This document shows, in pieces, positions 38,697 through 47,633 of a DNA stretch of 64,000 bases. The stretch lies in assembly GCA_009841265.1 (NCBI GenBank), contig VXMB01000014.1, positions 353,490-417,489 on the forward strand, in the 5' to 3' direction. This DNA is from Gemmatimonadota bacterium (lineage in GTDB: Bacteria; JAAXHH01). A program made the translations under genes and the position numbers. The notes under the pieces were generated by a model that was not told where the DNA came from, did not search any database, and saw only the letters and a list, made by a program, of their open reading frames with translations. Within the stretch, counting starts at the first letter, position 1, and each line of letters begins with the position of its first letter.

Positions 38697-39524
38697 ATGG
38701 CTTCGATGGGTGGCAAAGTGGTGGTGGTTACCGGTGCATCGACCGGTATCGGGCAGTCGGCGGCCGAGGCCTTTGCCCGCGAAGGCGCCACGGTCGTCCT
38801 GACGGCCCGTTCCGAGGGAAGGCTGGAACGTATCGCCGCGGACATCGAGAAGGCGGGTGGACGGGCTGTCCCCATGGCCGTGGACGTCACGGACCGGTCC
38901 GCCGTGTTCGAGAAAATGAAAGAGATTGCGGCGTCCCAGGGAAGTATAGACGTGCTGGTCAACAACGCGGGCATCGGCCTGCTGAGCCCGGTGGAGGGTA
39001 TGGATCCGGAGGAATTGAAGCGGATCTTCGACGTGAATTTCTTCGGCCTGATCTGGTGCACGCAGGCGGTGCTGCCCCACATGATCAAGCAGAAAAGCGG
39101 CCGGATCGTCAATATCTCATCCGTCGCCGGTAAGCGCGCGCTGCCCCACATCTCGGCCTACTGCGCAAGCAAATTCGCCGTGCAGGCCTTCTCGGACAGC
39201 CTGCGCATGGAGGTGGCCGAACACGGCATCACCGTTACGGTCCTCTGCCCGCCCCGGGTCGACACGACCTTCCACGACACGCCCCTGATGAGACAGAAAG
39301 GGCAGCGGATGAGCGCCCCTTCGATCTCCGCGGAATACGTGGCTGCGGCCATTGTCCGCGCCGCCCGACGGGGAAGCCGGGAAGTCGTGGTGTCCTTCTA
39401 TGGCAAGTTCTTCGTCTTCTTCCACTGGCTGTCGCCCCGCCTCCTGGAATGGATCATGAAGCACCTCTGGATGCGGCTTGACACGAAGAAGACCGAAAGG
39501 ACGGGCAGCGACGAGCAACCTTGA
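38697..39524 (+). CDS. short-chain dehydrogenase/reductase (SDR)
   Basis: TGASTGIG and YCASK motifs. Confidence 0.8.
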   Translation: MASMGGKVVVVTGASTGIGQSAAEAFAREGATVVLTARSEGRLERIAADIEKAGGRAVPMAVDVTDRSAVFEKMKEIAASQGSIDVLVNNAGIGLLSPVEGMDPEELKRIFDVNFFGLIWCTQAVLPHMIKQKSGRIVNISSVAGKRALPHISAYCASKFAVQAFSDSLRMEVAEHGITVTVLCPPRVDTTFHDTPLMRQKGQRMSAPSISAEYVAAAIVRAARRGSREVVVSFYGKFFVFFHWLSPRLLEWIMKHLWMRLDTKKTERTGSDEQP

Positions 39525-39546
39525 AGTCCGCCCTGAAGATCCCCGG

Positions 39547-40971
39547 CTATCCGTTCACCGATTTCGAAATCTCCTCGACCGCACCGAGTAGTTTATCCAC
39601 CTCGGCCGCCGTGACCATGATATGCATCGAGGCGCGGTTGGCGTCCCAGCCGACCTGCATGTGGGTCACGCTGCGGATGTAGATGTTGTAATCCTCCAAC
39701 AGCTTTGAATTCAGATCCCGTGTCGGCACCCCCTTGATTCGGAAGGGGACCAGACCCGCGTGAAGCCGTGGATCCTCGGAAGCGAACACCTCTACGCCGT
39801 CGATATTGCGGAGTCCGTTGGCCAGTTTGCCGGCCAGGTAGCGGATGCGGGCCTCGATCCCTTCAGGGGTCAGGTGGTTGTGGAAATCGAGCGCCGCGTT
39901 CACGGCCGTCCACTTTGCATAGCAGCTGGAACCCCGCCGCGTATACTGGCCGGCCGAGTTCATCCGCTCGAGCCACCGCTCGTTCGTGGAGAGATCCTCG
40001 CCGTACATGTTCTTGCCCGCGAAGGGCGTGGTCGAGGTGACGGGCTGAATCCGGTCGAACATGTCCTCTTTCACATAGAAGAACCCGGACTGCATGGAGG
40101 CCAGCATCCACTTGTGCGACGGGCCGGCGTACATGTCGCATCCGAGGTCGTGCATGTCGAGCTTGACCATGCCCGGTGGTTGGGCGCCGTCGACCAGCGT
40201 GATAACGCCCTTTGACCGCGCCATCTCGCAGATCTCCTTGACCGGCATGAACAGTCCGTCCGTGTAGTTCGTATGACAGAAGCTGAGCAGCTTGGTCCGT
40301 GGCGTGATCGCGGCTTCGAAGGCCTTCAGGAGGTCGTCCGGCGACTTCGGCGGGTGAAGCTTCGGATCGGAAAGGTCGATGACGCCTACCTTCAGCTTGT
40401 CCCGGTGCGCCCGGTTCAGCACGGGGTTCGTGCCGGCACCGTGGCAGTGGTTGGTATAGAGGATCTCGTCCCCGGGTTCGAGAACGGGTCCGAAAGTACC
40501 CGTGATCATCCCGTCGGTCGTATTGTTCGCCAGGGCGAGTTCGTTGGGTTTGCAGCCGACGTACGCGGCGAATTTGGCCATGAACGCGTCGGCATAGTCC
40601 ATGGTATAGTGATTTAGCCTGAAATCCACGTAATCGTTGTTGAGGCGATTCAACGCTTCGATCTGCGCCATGTGGACGCTGCGCGGCGATGGTCCCCGCG
40701 TTCCGGTGTTCATGTAGGCGAGGTCAGGGCGGATCAGGAACTGTTTGGTGACCAGTTTCCAGAACTGTTCGTCATCGGGCGCGGCCGCCGCGCCCATGTC
40801 GTTCATGTCCACCGACGCTCGGGCGGATTTCGTTCCCAGCGACAGCAGGGCGGCGCCTGCCAGCGTGCCGCCGAGAAAGCGGCCCAGGAAACCCCTGCGG
40901 TTGAGCGCCGCCAGTTCCCTGGGATCTTCGAATCTCGGATCGAAGTTCAGATCCGGTAAGAGGGGGTTCAT
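39547..40971 (-). CDS. Tat-exported aminotransferase class-V-fold PLP-dependent enzyme
   Basis: 474 aa. Twin-arginine signal NRRGFLGRFLGGTLAGAALLSLG. Class V fold (cysteine desulfurase/isopenicillin-N-epimerase-like) with a PLP lysine region SHKWM. Confidence 0.7.
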   Translation of the reverse strand: MNPLLPDLNFDPRFEDPRELAALNRRGFLGRFLGGTLAGAALLSLGTKSARASVDMNDMGAAAAPDDEQFWKLVTKQFLIRPDLAYMNTGTRGPSPRSVHMAQIEALNRLNNDYVDFRLNHYTMDYADAFMAKFAAYVGCKPNELALANNTTDGMITGTFGPVLEPGDEILYTNHCHGAGTNPVLNRAHRDKLKVGVIDLSDPKLHPPKSPDDLLKAFEAAITPRTKLLSFCHTNYTDGLFMPVKEICEMARSKGVITLVDGAQPPGMVKLDMHDLGCDMYAGPSHKWMLASMQSGFFYVKEDMFDRIQPVTSTTPFAGKNMYGEDLSTNERWLERMNSAGQYTRRGSSCYAKWTAVNAALDFHNHLTPEGIEARIRYLAGKLANGLRNIDGVEVFASEDPRLHAGLVPFRIKGVPTRDLNSKLLEDYNIYIRSVTHMQVGWDANRASMHIMVTAAEVDKLLGAVEEISKSVNG

Positions 40972-41141
40972 GGAAGTACCTCCGAATCAGCCGTCCGCAA
41001 CCGGCGCTGCACCGGGTGGTTCCAGCACGGTATTCATCCGGTTGAAGGCGATCATGAAAAGCTGGGGAAGAGATACTCTTATTTATGCGTCACGGCCCGA
41101 TTTTAAGCAACCTGTTTTTGATTCGAAGGCTAAGAAATCAC

Positions 41142-41169
41142 TTGACAAGGCACCCCCCTTCCGTATATT
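41142..41169 (+). promoter_or_regulatory. candidate sigma70 promoter and long 5' leader for cspA
   Basis: TTGACA, 16-nt spacer, TATATT. About 150-nt leader, as is typical for cold-shock genes. Confidence 0.35.
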
Positions 41170-41316
41170 TGCCCGAAGGAGCAAATCCTTTAATCCTCAT
41201 CCCCGACAACCTATGCGCGACCACCGACCAGGCATCCCACCGTCTTTGTCGGTGCCGTGTATTCATTGAGGTTGTCAGGGAGACCATTTCTTCCTATGAA
41301 GGGCAGGAGTGTCAGT

Positions 41317-41523
41317 ATGGAACGCGGCACGGTAAAGTGGTTTAACGAACGCAAGGGGTTCGGATTCATCGCGCGTGACGATGGGGACGATGTGTTCGTT
41401 CACTATTCGGCGATCGTCGCACAGGGATTCAAGACGCTGAATGAAGGCGATGAAGTCACCTTTGACATAACTGAAGGTCCCAAGGGACTCCAGGCCGCTA
41501 ACGTAACCAAGGTGTCCGGTTAG
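41317..41523 (+). CDS. cspA: cold-shock protein (CspA family)
   Basis: [18 protein letters not shown]…FVHYSAI. RNP1 and RNP2 motifs. AGGAG RBS. Confidence 0.9.
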   Translation: MERGTVKWFNERKGFGFIARDDGDDVFVHYSAIVAQGFKTLNEGDEVTFDITEGPKGLQAANVTKVSG

Positions 41524-41554
41524 AGACGCCGTCACAGCACAGTACGCAAGTGTG

Positions 41555-41591
41555 ATAGCCCGTGGACTGATCCGCACAGTACACGGGCTAT
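41555..41591 (+). terminator. hairpin downstream of cspA (candidate terminator)
   Basis: Perfect 10-bp inverted repeat atagcccgtg … cacgggctat with a 17-nt loop. Only a weak U-tract follows. Confidence 0.3.
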
Positions 41592-41700
41592 TGTGTATCG
41601 ATGGACACAGTGCTAACGGACGCGCTGTCAACGGACGCGCTGCCAACGGACCGACCCCGTACGGACCCGCCCGAACACTGGGCGCCCTGGAGATGCCCGT

Positions 41701-42597
41701 ATGCCCGGCAGAGACTCGCCTGTTCCGGTAACCGACTTCGACACGCCCTCCCTCGAGTTTGACTTCCCCCGCCTGAGCATCGGATTCGCCGAGTACGACG
41801 AAGGCCCGACCGGATGTACCGTCTTCCTTTTCGACGAAGGCTTCGTCACGGCCGTCGACGTGCGCGGCGGCATGCCCGGCGTGGTCGAATCCGAGTACCA
41901 GTTCCACCACGCCATCTGCTTCGCAGGGGGTTCGTTGCACGGGCTGGAAGCCGTTTCCGGCGTGCGGGCCGTCCTGACCGCTGCGGCGGCGCCGGGCAAT
42001 CCCCCGCCCCTCCCGCTCGTCGCCGGCGCGATCATCTTCGACTGGTTCAACCGGAAGGGTTTCGTGTATCCGGACAAGGCGCTTGGAAAAGCGGCCGCGG
42101 AGGCGGCGTCACCGGGCCGGTTCTTCTACGGCCGGCGTGGCGCGGGACGCTGGGCGGGCGTCGGCCAGGGAGGCGCTTTTCGCGAGATCGGCGCGACGAA
42201 GATCGCCGTTTTCACCGTGGTGAACGCCCTGGGTGACATCGTGGACCGCGAAGGCCGGGTCCGCACGCGGGATCATCGTCATCCCTACGACAAGCTGGAA
42301 GCGCGCCTCGCCAGGGGCTCGAAATCCAGGTCCGACCAGGTGGGCAGGCATACCACGCTGACGCTGGTCGTGACCAACCAGAAATGGACCCAGGGTGAAC
42401 TGAACCAGATCGGCAGGCAGGTCCACGCGTCCATGGCCCGGGCGATCCAGCCTTTTCACACGACGCGGGACGGGGACGTGCTGTTTACGGCGACGACGGG
42501 CGAGGTGGAGAACAGGCGTCTGAAGAGCACGACCGATTTCGGGATGATCGCCTCGGAACTGGCCTGGGACGCCGTGCTGAACAGCCTGGGAGCGTGA
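41701..42597 (+). CDS. DmpA/ArgJ-fold (peptidase S58 / P1 family) aminopeptidase
   Basis: GPTGCTVFLF motif and a self-processing-site-like GG/S region. Confidence 0.65.
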   Translation: MPGRDSPVPVTDFDTPSLEFDFPRLSIGFAEYDEGPTGCTVFLFDEGFVTAVDVRGGMPGVVESEYQFHHAICFAGGSLHGLEAVSGVRAVLTAAAAPGNPPPLPLVAGAIIFDWFNRKGFVYPDKALGKAAAEAASPGRFFYGRRGAGRWAGVGQGGAFREIGATKIAVFTVVNALGDIVDREGRVRTRDHRHPYDKLEARLARGSKSRSDQVGRHTTLTLVVTNQKWTQGELNQIGRQVHASMARAIQPFHTTRDGDVLFTATTGEVENRRLKSTTDFGMIASELAWDAVLNSLGA

Positions 42598-42616
42598 GCC
42601 ACGGTCACCCGGCCGT

Positions 42617-45154
42617 TCAACGAGCGAGGTTCTCGTACACCGCACGGGCTTCCCGGAACTGGCCGATCACGTGATCGATTTCCTCTTGCGAACGCCAGCC
42701 AGGATGTGCTTCGGCCATTTCGATGAGCCGGTCGATCCACCGGACGAAGTACCGGGCGGAATCCGGGTTGCGGATCGGGTCATCGCCCGCGTAGACCCGA
42801 ATGGACTGCGTGGTGGCCAGCGGATAGCGGTCGTCGATGGGATGGGTCCACGGGGCGCCCTCGGCCTGGAGGGTGTACCATCCGCTTTCGCGAACGGTCA
42901 TCTCTTCCTCGAAAACCGCTTCCGTACCTTTTCCGGACAGCGGGATCTCCTTCAGAATCCGGCCGTTCCGGTAGACCATGACCTTCTCGAGGGGTACGAT
43001 GCTCCGGACCTCTCCGCGAAGGGTGATCGAACCGCCTTCTGCCGGAAGCCGGATGACCTCGCCGGGCATCGCATCGTCGATGGTGAATTCAAGCAGCGGT
43101 CCATTGGTGGCGAAGGTCCGTCCGGCCCGCAGCGCTGACAGCCAGGCATCCCAGGACAGGGGCTTGTCGCCCAGGTAGACGTAGGACCGCACCTGTCCGA
43201 CGATGGCGGTGCGGTACATGCTGCTGATGGAGTCCTCCCCGCCCGTCAGCACGATGTTGATGTCGTTGTTGAGCAGGTGATGCCACACGTCGAGTACGGC
43301 GTGTCCCGCCCCCGAGATCTCGAGGGCTTCCACGGTACCCAGCGCCGCGTCCACGGGAAATGCCTTGGCGCTGCCCAGCGTCGGATTTTCGCCGCCCAGT
43401 GGATCGGCCTCTCCGAAATAGGGATGGACGTATGCCCTGAATGCGCCCTGCTCACCGGCAAGCTTCAGCATATCCGTGTTCGACGGGTACAGGCTGTATA
43501 TCGCGGTGCCCTCGTAACCGGACGCGAAGGGCGACAGGAGGAAGTCCGAAAGCCCGATGAAGTATACATGCCCGTGGAAAGCGGGACGGTACTCCTCACC
43601 CACGTGCAGGACGTGATCCGGCGTGGAAAGGGCGTCGGGCTTGCCCGTGAAGAACTGGTAGTCGAGCATGCGGTTGTCCTTGTTGGCCACGAGTTCGTTG
43701 ACCACGGACTGGTCCTCCGCCTCCGACATGTGCATCAGGTTCTCCAACGTGTTGTGCAGGTCCCCCGCGTAGTTCATGTGAATGTGGGTGCTGCCGCTGT
43801 ACCATCCCTTTTTCCGCATGTCCGTCATGCGCCGCAGCGTCAGGGCCACGGCAGTGGTCTTCCCGTCCTCGATCTCGACGGTCGTGCTGGCGGGATGGTA
43901 TTCGAACCCCTTCATGGCTTCCACGGTCAGCGGACCGGCCGGGACATCCAGGATAATCGATCCGGGTGCGTGAAAGAAGTGTTCCCGGAGCCGGCCGACG
44001 CGGTGGTACGCGCCTTCCGCGGCATAGGACTTGCCGTCGGATGCCCGGGCATAGACGCGGACCGTGGCCGGTTTCCCCGTTTCGCCGTCCAGCACGGTGA
44101 CCGCCGCCCGGCCGTGGGGACCGCGCCAGCGCTTTTCCTCGATCACGATGTCGGTAAGCTTGCCGCCTACCGTCTCCATGATCCGCAGAACTGGCAGGCC
44201 GTTTTCATTGGTGATGTAGGCAATTCTGGACCCGTCCGGCGACCAGCGGGGATAGAAGTCGTCCCAATCTCCGAAGGTGATCTTGTAGGGATGGCCCCCA
44301 TCGGCGGGCAGCAGGTAGAGTTTCGTGTACTGGCCGCCGCGGTGGGACGCGTACACGAAGCGGGACCCGTCCGGCGACCAGTGCGGCCGAGTCCGGTACA
44401 GCGTCTGTTCTTCGAATACGACTCGGGCCCGGTCGATGCCGAACGGCTCGACGGGCATCCGCCAGACGGCGCCGGATCCGAGGGGAATGCCGCGGTTGCC
44501 GATGAACATCAGCTCACTGCCGTCCGGCGACCAGCTCGGTTCGATGTGGAGGTCATAGGCGCCGAAGTACAGGCGGCTCCTGCCATAGTCGTTGTCGCGG
44601 GTCAGCTGTATCGGGTCTCCGGCTGCGCTGCCGTCCGCCATGTCCTGCACGAAGATGTTGAAATAACCGTTGGGTTCCGTGGACACGTAGGCCAGCCTGG
44701 AACCGTCGGGCGACCAGGCGGGGTCGAGATAGAGGTGATCCCCGGTCTTCAGCGGACGGGAAACCCCGGTTTCGACGTTCAGGACCATGAGATCGATCGT
44801 CCGGTTGTCGGCTTCCGCCGAGTAGGCGATCCATGCGCCGTCGGGCGACCAGGCCGGTGAGGAGTCGTAGGTTTCGTTGTCCGTGAGTTCGTAAGCCGTG
44901 CGTTCGCCCAGTCGCATCCGCCATATCGAACCGTGCAGCGCGAAGGCCAGTGTCTCGCCGTCGGGGGACCATGCCGGCCGGCGGGGCGTGGTCGTGGAAG
45001 GCGGCGGCAGGTAGAAGTTGTGCATGTAGTTGCCGCCGGTACGGGCAGCCTGGTAGGCCGTTGGAGGAGGCTGCTGGGCTTCCGTACCGTTTGCCGCCAC
45101 GATGAGGCCGGCGGCGAGGACGAGGCGCAGGGACGCGGATATCCGCTGGATCAT
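42617..45154 (-). CDS. secreted TolB-like WD40/PD40 beta-propeller fused to a PHP/CehA-McbA-type metallohydrolase domain
   Basis: Start chosen at MIQRISASLRLVLAAGLIVAA (signal peptide, GGGAGG RBS). Five to six 'SPDGxxxAY' PD40 repeats. His-rich C-terminal region (STHIHMNYAGD, HVYFIG, HPYFGE). The ORF-track 5' extension to 45565 overlaps the upstream gene. Confidence 0.6.
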   Translation of the reverse strand: MIQRISASLRLVLAAGLIVAANGTEAQQPPPTAYQAARTGGNYMHNFYLPPPSTTTPRRPAWSPDGETLAFALHGSIWRMRLGERTAYELTDNETYDSSPAWSPDGAWIAYSAEADNRTIDLMVLNVETGVSRPLKTGDHLYLDPAWSPDGSRLAYVSTEPNGYFNIFVQDMADGSAAGDPIQLTRDNDYGRSRLYFGAYDLHIEPSWSPDGSELMFIGNRGIPLGSGAVWRMPVEPFGIDRARVVFEEQTLYRTRPHWSPDGSRFVYASHRGGQYTKLYLLPADGGHPYKITFGDWDDFYPRWSPDGSRIAYITNENGLPVLRIMETVGGKLTDIVIEEKRWRGPHGRAAVTVLDGETGKPATVRVYARASDGKSYAAEGAYHRVGRLREHFFHAPGSIILDVPAGPLTVEAMKGFEYHPASTTVEIEDGKTTAVALTLRRMTDMRKKGWYSGSTHIHMNYAGDLHNTLENLMHMSEAEDQSVVNELVANKDNRMLDYQFFTGKPDALSTPDHVLHVGEEYRPAFHGHVYFIGLSDFLLSPFASGYEGTAIYSLYPSNTDMLKLAGEQGAFRAYVHPYFGEADPLGGENPTLGSAKAFPVDAALGTVEALEISGAGHAVLDVWHHLLNNDINIVLTGGEDSISSMYRTAIVGQVRSYVYLGDKPLSWDAWLSALRAGRTFATNGPLLEFTIDDAMPGEVIRLPAEGGSITLRGEVRSIVPLEKVMVYRNGRILKEIPLSGKGTEAVFEEEMTVRESGWYTLQAEGAPWTHPIDDRYPLATTQSIRVYAGDDPIRNPDSARYFVRWIDRLIEMAEAHPGWRSQEEIDHVIGQFREARAVYENLAR

Positions 45155-45966
45155 ATTGTAACACCTCCCAGTGCCTTCTCCACTTCGGATTCCCACGTGC
45201 CGTCCACGCGAACGCCGTACTCCGCCACCCCTCCCGTCGCCCGTGGTCCGGTGACATAGGGCCGGTAGTCGCGGCCGTCCGCGATGAGTTGCTCCGGCGC
45301 GTAGTCCGCGCGCAGAAAGTGGAAGGCGATGCCCGCGCGGGACCGGTCCGTCCGGTTGTGGCCGGTGCAGTGCGCGGTGCCGTAGCAGAAGAACAGGGCG
45401 CCGCCCGCTTTCAGTTCGATGGTGTCCGCCTGTTCCTCCGGCGGATAGCAGCGGATGTGGTGATCGCTGTAGGGGTCCCGGCTGTGCTCGTAGGGTGTCC
45501 GGTAACTGCCGGGAATCACCTGCATGGTGCCGTTCTCGACGGTGGCGTCGTGCACGGCGATCCACATGGCCGTTCCCATGAGCGGATCGCGGATCTTGAA
45601 ATAGGCGTTATCCTGGTGCCAGTGGGTGCCCATGCCGTCTCCGCCCGGCTTGAGAAAGACCTGGTCCAGGTGAAGAATAAAGGGATCTCCGATTAACTGG
45701 GAGATGGCACCGGCCACGTCGGGCTGGAACGGAAGAGCCCTGAACAGGTCGCTGTGCCGGTACATCGGGCACAGTTGCAGATTGCGCTGCGTGGTGGACG
45801 TCGTCTTCCCGTCGCCCTCCGTGGCGACGTTGCGCAGGGCGCCGTCTTCCATGAGACGATCGATCTCGGCCTGGAGGGCCCGGGTCTCCCGGTCCGTGAA
45901 GAATCCCGGTCTGACCACGTAGCCGTGGGTGCTGAAATGGGCGACTTCGTCGCTTGTCAAAGTCAT
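45151..45966 (-). CDS. PhyH-family Fe(II)/2-oxoglutarate dioxygenase
   Basis: 271 aa. THWHQD…H facial triad region. The stop overlaps the downstream start as ATGA. Confidence 0.75.
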   Translation of the reverse strand: MTLTSDEVAHFSTHGYVVRPGFFTDRETRALQAEIDRLMEDGALRNVATEGDGKTTSTTQRNLQLCPMYRHSDLFRALPFQPDVAGAISQLIGDPFILHLDQVFLKPGGDGMGTHWHQDNAYFKIRDPLMGTAMWIAVHDATVENGTMQVIPGSYRTPYEHSRDPYSDHHIRCYPPEEQADTIELKAGGALFFCYGTAHCTGHNRTDRSRAGIAFHFLRADYAPEQLIADGRDYRPYVTGPRATGGVAEYGVRVDGTWESEVEKALGGVTI

Positions 45967-46102
45967 CTTCTGGAAGTCCTTTATCTGTGGGGATTATCTG
46001 TGGAGGTATTTTAGCAGGTTCATTCGGTGTCTGAAACGCATGCGGCCGGCAGGTATGTGCACTATGACCAACCCGGGCTTGCATAGTCAAGCGGAAGATG
46101 GC

Positions 46103-47587
46103 CTACACGCCAACCGGGGTTGTTTCCGAAATCGCCTCGTTTCCGAAACGTTCGATGGCTTCCAGGGTTTCGCGCACGTCGTCCCAGGTCGTGGTGTAGT
46201 TGACGATGCAGAGCCTGAGTGTAAACCTGCCCCGCAACAGGGTCGATGACATGAGGGCGGGGTCCTCCCAGAAGACGCGGGCGAGCACTTTCCGGTTTAT
46301 TCTCTCGAGCGATCCCTCATCGAGGTCTGCGGCGGCGGAATTGACGCGGAAGCATACGATACCGAGCGATGACGGCAACAACAATTCCAGGGTCCCGCTG
46401 TTCCGGATATGCTCCTCGGCCCGCCCGGCCAGTTCCATGCCATTGGAAACGGCGTTTCGGAATGCAGTCATTCCAAAGGTCTTCACGGACACCCAGATTT
46501 TCAGGGCCCGTACCGACCGGCTCAGTTGCAGGCCCCGGTCCGAGAAGTTGGGGTGGTTCGCGCCCCATATCGTGTCCTGGAGGATATCGTGCCGTACGGC
46601 GAATGCGCGCTCGAGGTGGCCTAAGTCCTTCACCATCAGGCAGCCGGCTTCGTAGGGTTGAAAGAACAGCTTGTGCGCGTCCAGACCGATGGAGTCCGCC
46701 CGTTCGATGCCGCGCAGGAGGTCCTTTCCCTTTTCGGTGATTACCGTAAAACCGCCGTAGGCGGCATCGACGTGGAGCCAGATGCCGTCCGCCTCGCAGA
46801 AATCCGCGATCGTTTCGAGCGGATCGATTGCGCCTGTACTGGCCGCCCCGGCGTTGGCGCAGACCGCCACCGGTTCTAATCCCGCGGCCCGGTCCGCTGC
46901 CACCGTTTGCTTCAGCGCCTCCGGATCCATCCGGAAAAGCGCGTCGGTAGGAATCAAACGCACGTTTTCGGATCGTATGCCCATGATCCTGGCCGCCCGG
47001 ACCAGCGCGCTATGGCTCTGGTCGCTCATATAGACCGTGCCGCGTTCGGGCGCGCCCGCAGACTCCCGTGCCGCGACCAGGGCTTCCAGGCTGGCCGCGG
47101 AGCCTCCGGAAGTCATCAGGCCGCCGGCGGTGTCCGGATACCCCAGCCAGCGCCGGATCCAGTCCATGACGACCAGTTCCATCTGGCTCGCCCCACTTGA
47201 TGTGAGCCATGTACACTGGTTGACCTGGTAGGCGGAGACCATGAAGTCCGCCAATATGCCGGGCCAGGTCGGCGCCGAAGGGATGAACGCGAAGGACCGG
47301 GGGTGGTCAAGCCGGGCGCCCAGGGGTAGTATGTCCTTTGCCGCCCTCCCCAGGACCTCCAGCGCGGGGCTGCCGTGTTCGGGCGGATCCTCCATGAGCT
47401 GATCTTCCAGTTCTTGCTTGAACTCGCCGTCCCAGGCCTGTTCATCCGGAAGATTCCTGATACGTTCTATAATGATTTCCGCCGTCCTGGTCGCGAGCTC
47501 GAGCATGACGTCGGGGGTCATCTGGAGGCTGTTAAGCGCTTCCGCACTTGATTCTGCGTGCTGCTTTTCCCGATTCTCCCGACACAT
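46103..47587 (-). CDS. group II PLP-dependent decarboxylase (aromatic-amino-acid/diaminobutyrate decarboxylase family)
   Basis: DAAYGG and PLP lysine region SIGLDAHKLFFQPYEAG. Start taken at the ATG (MCREN…) preceded by GGAAGAGG. A GTG at 47626 is an alternative. Confidence 0.7.
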   Translation of the reverse strand: MCRENREKQHAESSAEALNSLQMTPDVMLELATRTAEIIIERIRNLPDEQAWDGEFKQELEDQLMEDPPEHGSPALEVLGRAAKDILPLGARLDHPRSFAFIPSAPTWPGILADFMVSAYQVNQCTWLTSSGASQMELVVMDWIRRWLGYPDTAGGLMTSGGSAASLEALVAARESAGAPERGTVYMSDQSHSALVRAARIMGIRSENVRLIPTDALFRMDPEALKQTVAADRAAGLEPVAVCANAGAASTGAIDPLETIADFCEADGIWLHVDAAYGGFTVITEKGKDLLRGIERADSIGLDAHKLFFQPYEAGCLMVKDLGHLERAFAVRHDILQDTIWGANHPNFSDRGLQLSRSVRALKIWVSVKTFGMTAFRNAVSNGMELAGRAEEHIRNSGTLELLLPSSLGIVCFRVNSAAADLDEGSLERINRKVLARVFWEDPALMSSTLLRGRFTLRLCIVNYTTTWDDVRETLEAIERFGNEAISETTPVGV

Positions 47588-47633
47588 TTTTAACCTCTTC
47601 CGATACCCGTTATCGCTCAGTGTCACGAAACGC

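Noticed and set aside
43277-44860. 527-aa plus-strand ORF
   Set aside because: It is antisense to the PD40/PHP protein, whose repeats are unmistakable.
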